Positions 62,619-64,000 of a stretch of 64,000 nucleotides of DNA are shown piece by piece. Source of the DNA: Meiothermus sp. (GTDB taxonomy: Bacteria; Deinococcota; Deinococci; Deinococcales; Thermaceae); the NCBI GenBank assembly GCA_033762915.1, contig JANRLD010000115.1:64001-128000 (forward strand). The letters are read 5' to 3'. A model generated the notes under the pieces. The model was not told the origin of the DNA, searched no databases, and worked only from the letters and a program-made list of their open reading frames with translations. A program made the position numbers and the translations under genes. Numbering within the stretch: the stretch's first letter is position 1; each line of letters opens with the position of its first letter.

Positions 62619-63577
62619 TCCCCTTTCAGTACCTTAGCCAAATCAATCCAGGCGGGCAGCTTTTCAAAACCCAAGGCTTCGTTGATGCCCAGCATCGAGC
62701 GGTTGGTCTGGGCGTTCTCGGTGCGAACCGCCGTCTTACCCAGTTCCTTGGCGCGGCTGAGGGCTGCCACCTTGAGGGCCAGCGCCACACCCCTGTGCCG
62801 GTGTTCGCGCCGCACGGTGGTGAAGCCGGTGCCCAGGTCGTTGTCGGCACGCCGATTAAACAGCATCGAAACCCCCGCGTATTCGCCGTTCTTGACCGCC
62901 AAAAACCACAGCGCGGGGTCGAAGTCGGGGCTACCGCGGACGTTTTCCCAGTAGCGTTCTTGGGTGGGGAAGGTGAAGGACTCACCGGGCGGCAGGGGCA
63001 CGTCGTGGCTGCCCGCGTGGTCGAGCTCGTACATCTTGCGCTCGTAGTCGGGGTCGGACTCGAGGTCTTTCAGGGTCTTAATCTCGTAGCCCGAGTCCAG
63101 CACCTTCTGCACATCCTTGGCCCAGTACACGGGGTCGAACTTAACCATCTCGAGCCGGGACTCCCAGGCCCTAAACTCCTCGTGAAATCCCCGCTTCTCG
63201 GCAAATCTCAGCGCCTCGGGTTTGTCGGCGCGGGTCGAGGCCACCAGCTTGACGGGATCGTAGGGCTCGAGCTCGGTCATCATCCGCTCGTACAAGGCGG
63301 TGCCAATGCCCTGACCCTGGTGCGCGGGGTCGACCGTCAGCCCCACAGAGAACTTCTGCGGGTGGTACATCCACTCCATGTGGAAAAACCCGCCGATTCC
63401 CAGCACCATCCCGGCTTGCTCGGCTACCAGGCGGCGCAGGATCAGTCCCGGCTTGACCCGCCGGTCGGCGGCCTCGAGGGTCTCCGGCAGCACCAGGTTG
63501 TCGGGCCAGTTGGCGTTGCGGACCCGGGCCAGTGCCGGGTAGTCGGTGGGCGTGAAGGGGCGGATTACAAGATTCAT
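62615..63577 (-). CDS. Tandem-domain GNAT acetyltransferase
   Basis: ATG 63577 MNLVIRPF; VDPAHQGQGIG and TTVRREHRHRGVALALK, INEALGF. Confidence 0.88.
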   Translation of the reverse strand: MNLVIRPFTPTDYPALARVRNANWPDNLVLPETLEAADRRVKPGLILRRLVAEQAGMVLGIGGFFHMEWMYHPQKFSVGLTVDPAHQGQGIGTALYERMMTELEPYDPVKLVASTRADKPEALRFAEKRGFHEEFRAWESRLEMVKFDPVYWAKDVQKVLDSGYEIKTLKDLESDPDYERKMYELDHAGSHDVPLPPGESFTFPTQERYWENVRGSPDFDPALWFLAVKNGEYAGVSMLFNRRADNDLGTGFTTVRREHRHRGVALALKVAALSRAKELGKTAVRTENAQTNRSMLGINEALGFEKLPAWIDLAKVLKGE

Positions 63578-64000
63578 GAAGTCTCCTGAAAGTTGACGAA
63601 GTAGTGCCCGCCTACGTCGGTGCGCCCGACCCGCTTGGCGGTGCGGAGCATCGGGGCATTGACCGCCCCAATCGTGCCGAAGAGGGCATCGCCGCCGCTG
63701 TCTTCCAGCAACTCGACCAGGCTGCGCTGCACCGCCACACCCAGGCCCGCCCCGCGAAAAGCCTGCTCGAGGGCGATCTCGATCATGTAGTAGCCCGTCG
63801 CCCCCACGTCCTGGCTGCGCGAGACCACCGTCACGCCCGCCCACTGGCCGTCCACGAAAATCTCGTAGACCAAGGCGGTCTCGAGGTAGTGCGCCATGTC
63901 CTCCCGGCTCTCCTGGCGCGACACGTCGGGCATCCAGAGGCGCTCGGCGAAGAGTTGGACGTACATGGCGGCGTAGCGGGGGTAGAACTCGAGGTCGCGG
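63574..64000 (-). CDS. GNAT family protein, 5' end outside the window
   Basis: AFRGAGLG motif A, NAPMLRTA; frame open to the window end. Confidence 0.75.
   Translation of the reverse strand, partial: RDLEFYPRYAAMYVQLFAERLWMPDVSRQESREDMAHYLETALVYEIFVDGQWAGVTVVSRSQDVGATGYYMIEIALEQAFRGAGLGVAVQRSLVELLEDSGGDALFGTIGAVNAPMLRTAKRVGRTDVGGHYFVNFQETS

Overview
GC-rich chromosomal window, most likely from a Meiothermus/Calidithermus-like member of Deinococcota (very frequent CTCGAG, leaderless genes, GlnRS-YqeY fusion). Left to right: a Liv-type ABC transporter co-oriented with MaoC, alpha/beta-hydrolase, acyl-CoA synthetase and an atypical FabH; an AT-rich HEPN-motif gene and a nonsense pseudogene; a divergent STAND/TPR/SARP-type activator; a patatin; a 12-kb tandem array of five paralogous Ig-like plus beta-propeller lipoproteins, one frameshifted at a G9 tract right after its lipobox; glnS; an ABC exporter; a subtilase; an abm-type 2-aminobenzoate degradation cluster; xylB; miaB; an amino-sugar locus (ABC, RpiR, nanE, nagZ); a ChrA pair; and a run of at least six GNAT genes. 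Intergenic DNA holds nine copies of a structured three-stem repeat, a 101-bp MITE inserted in one copy, a two-copy pseudoknot-type repeat, heptamer tandem repeats and a 12-codon micro-gene with its own expression signals. All calls were made by eye from sequence motifs; no searches were run.
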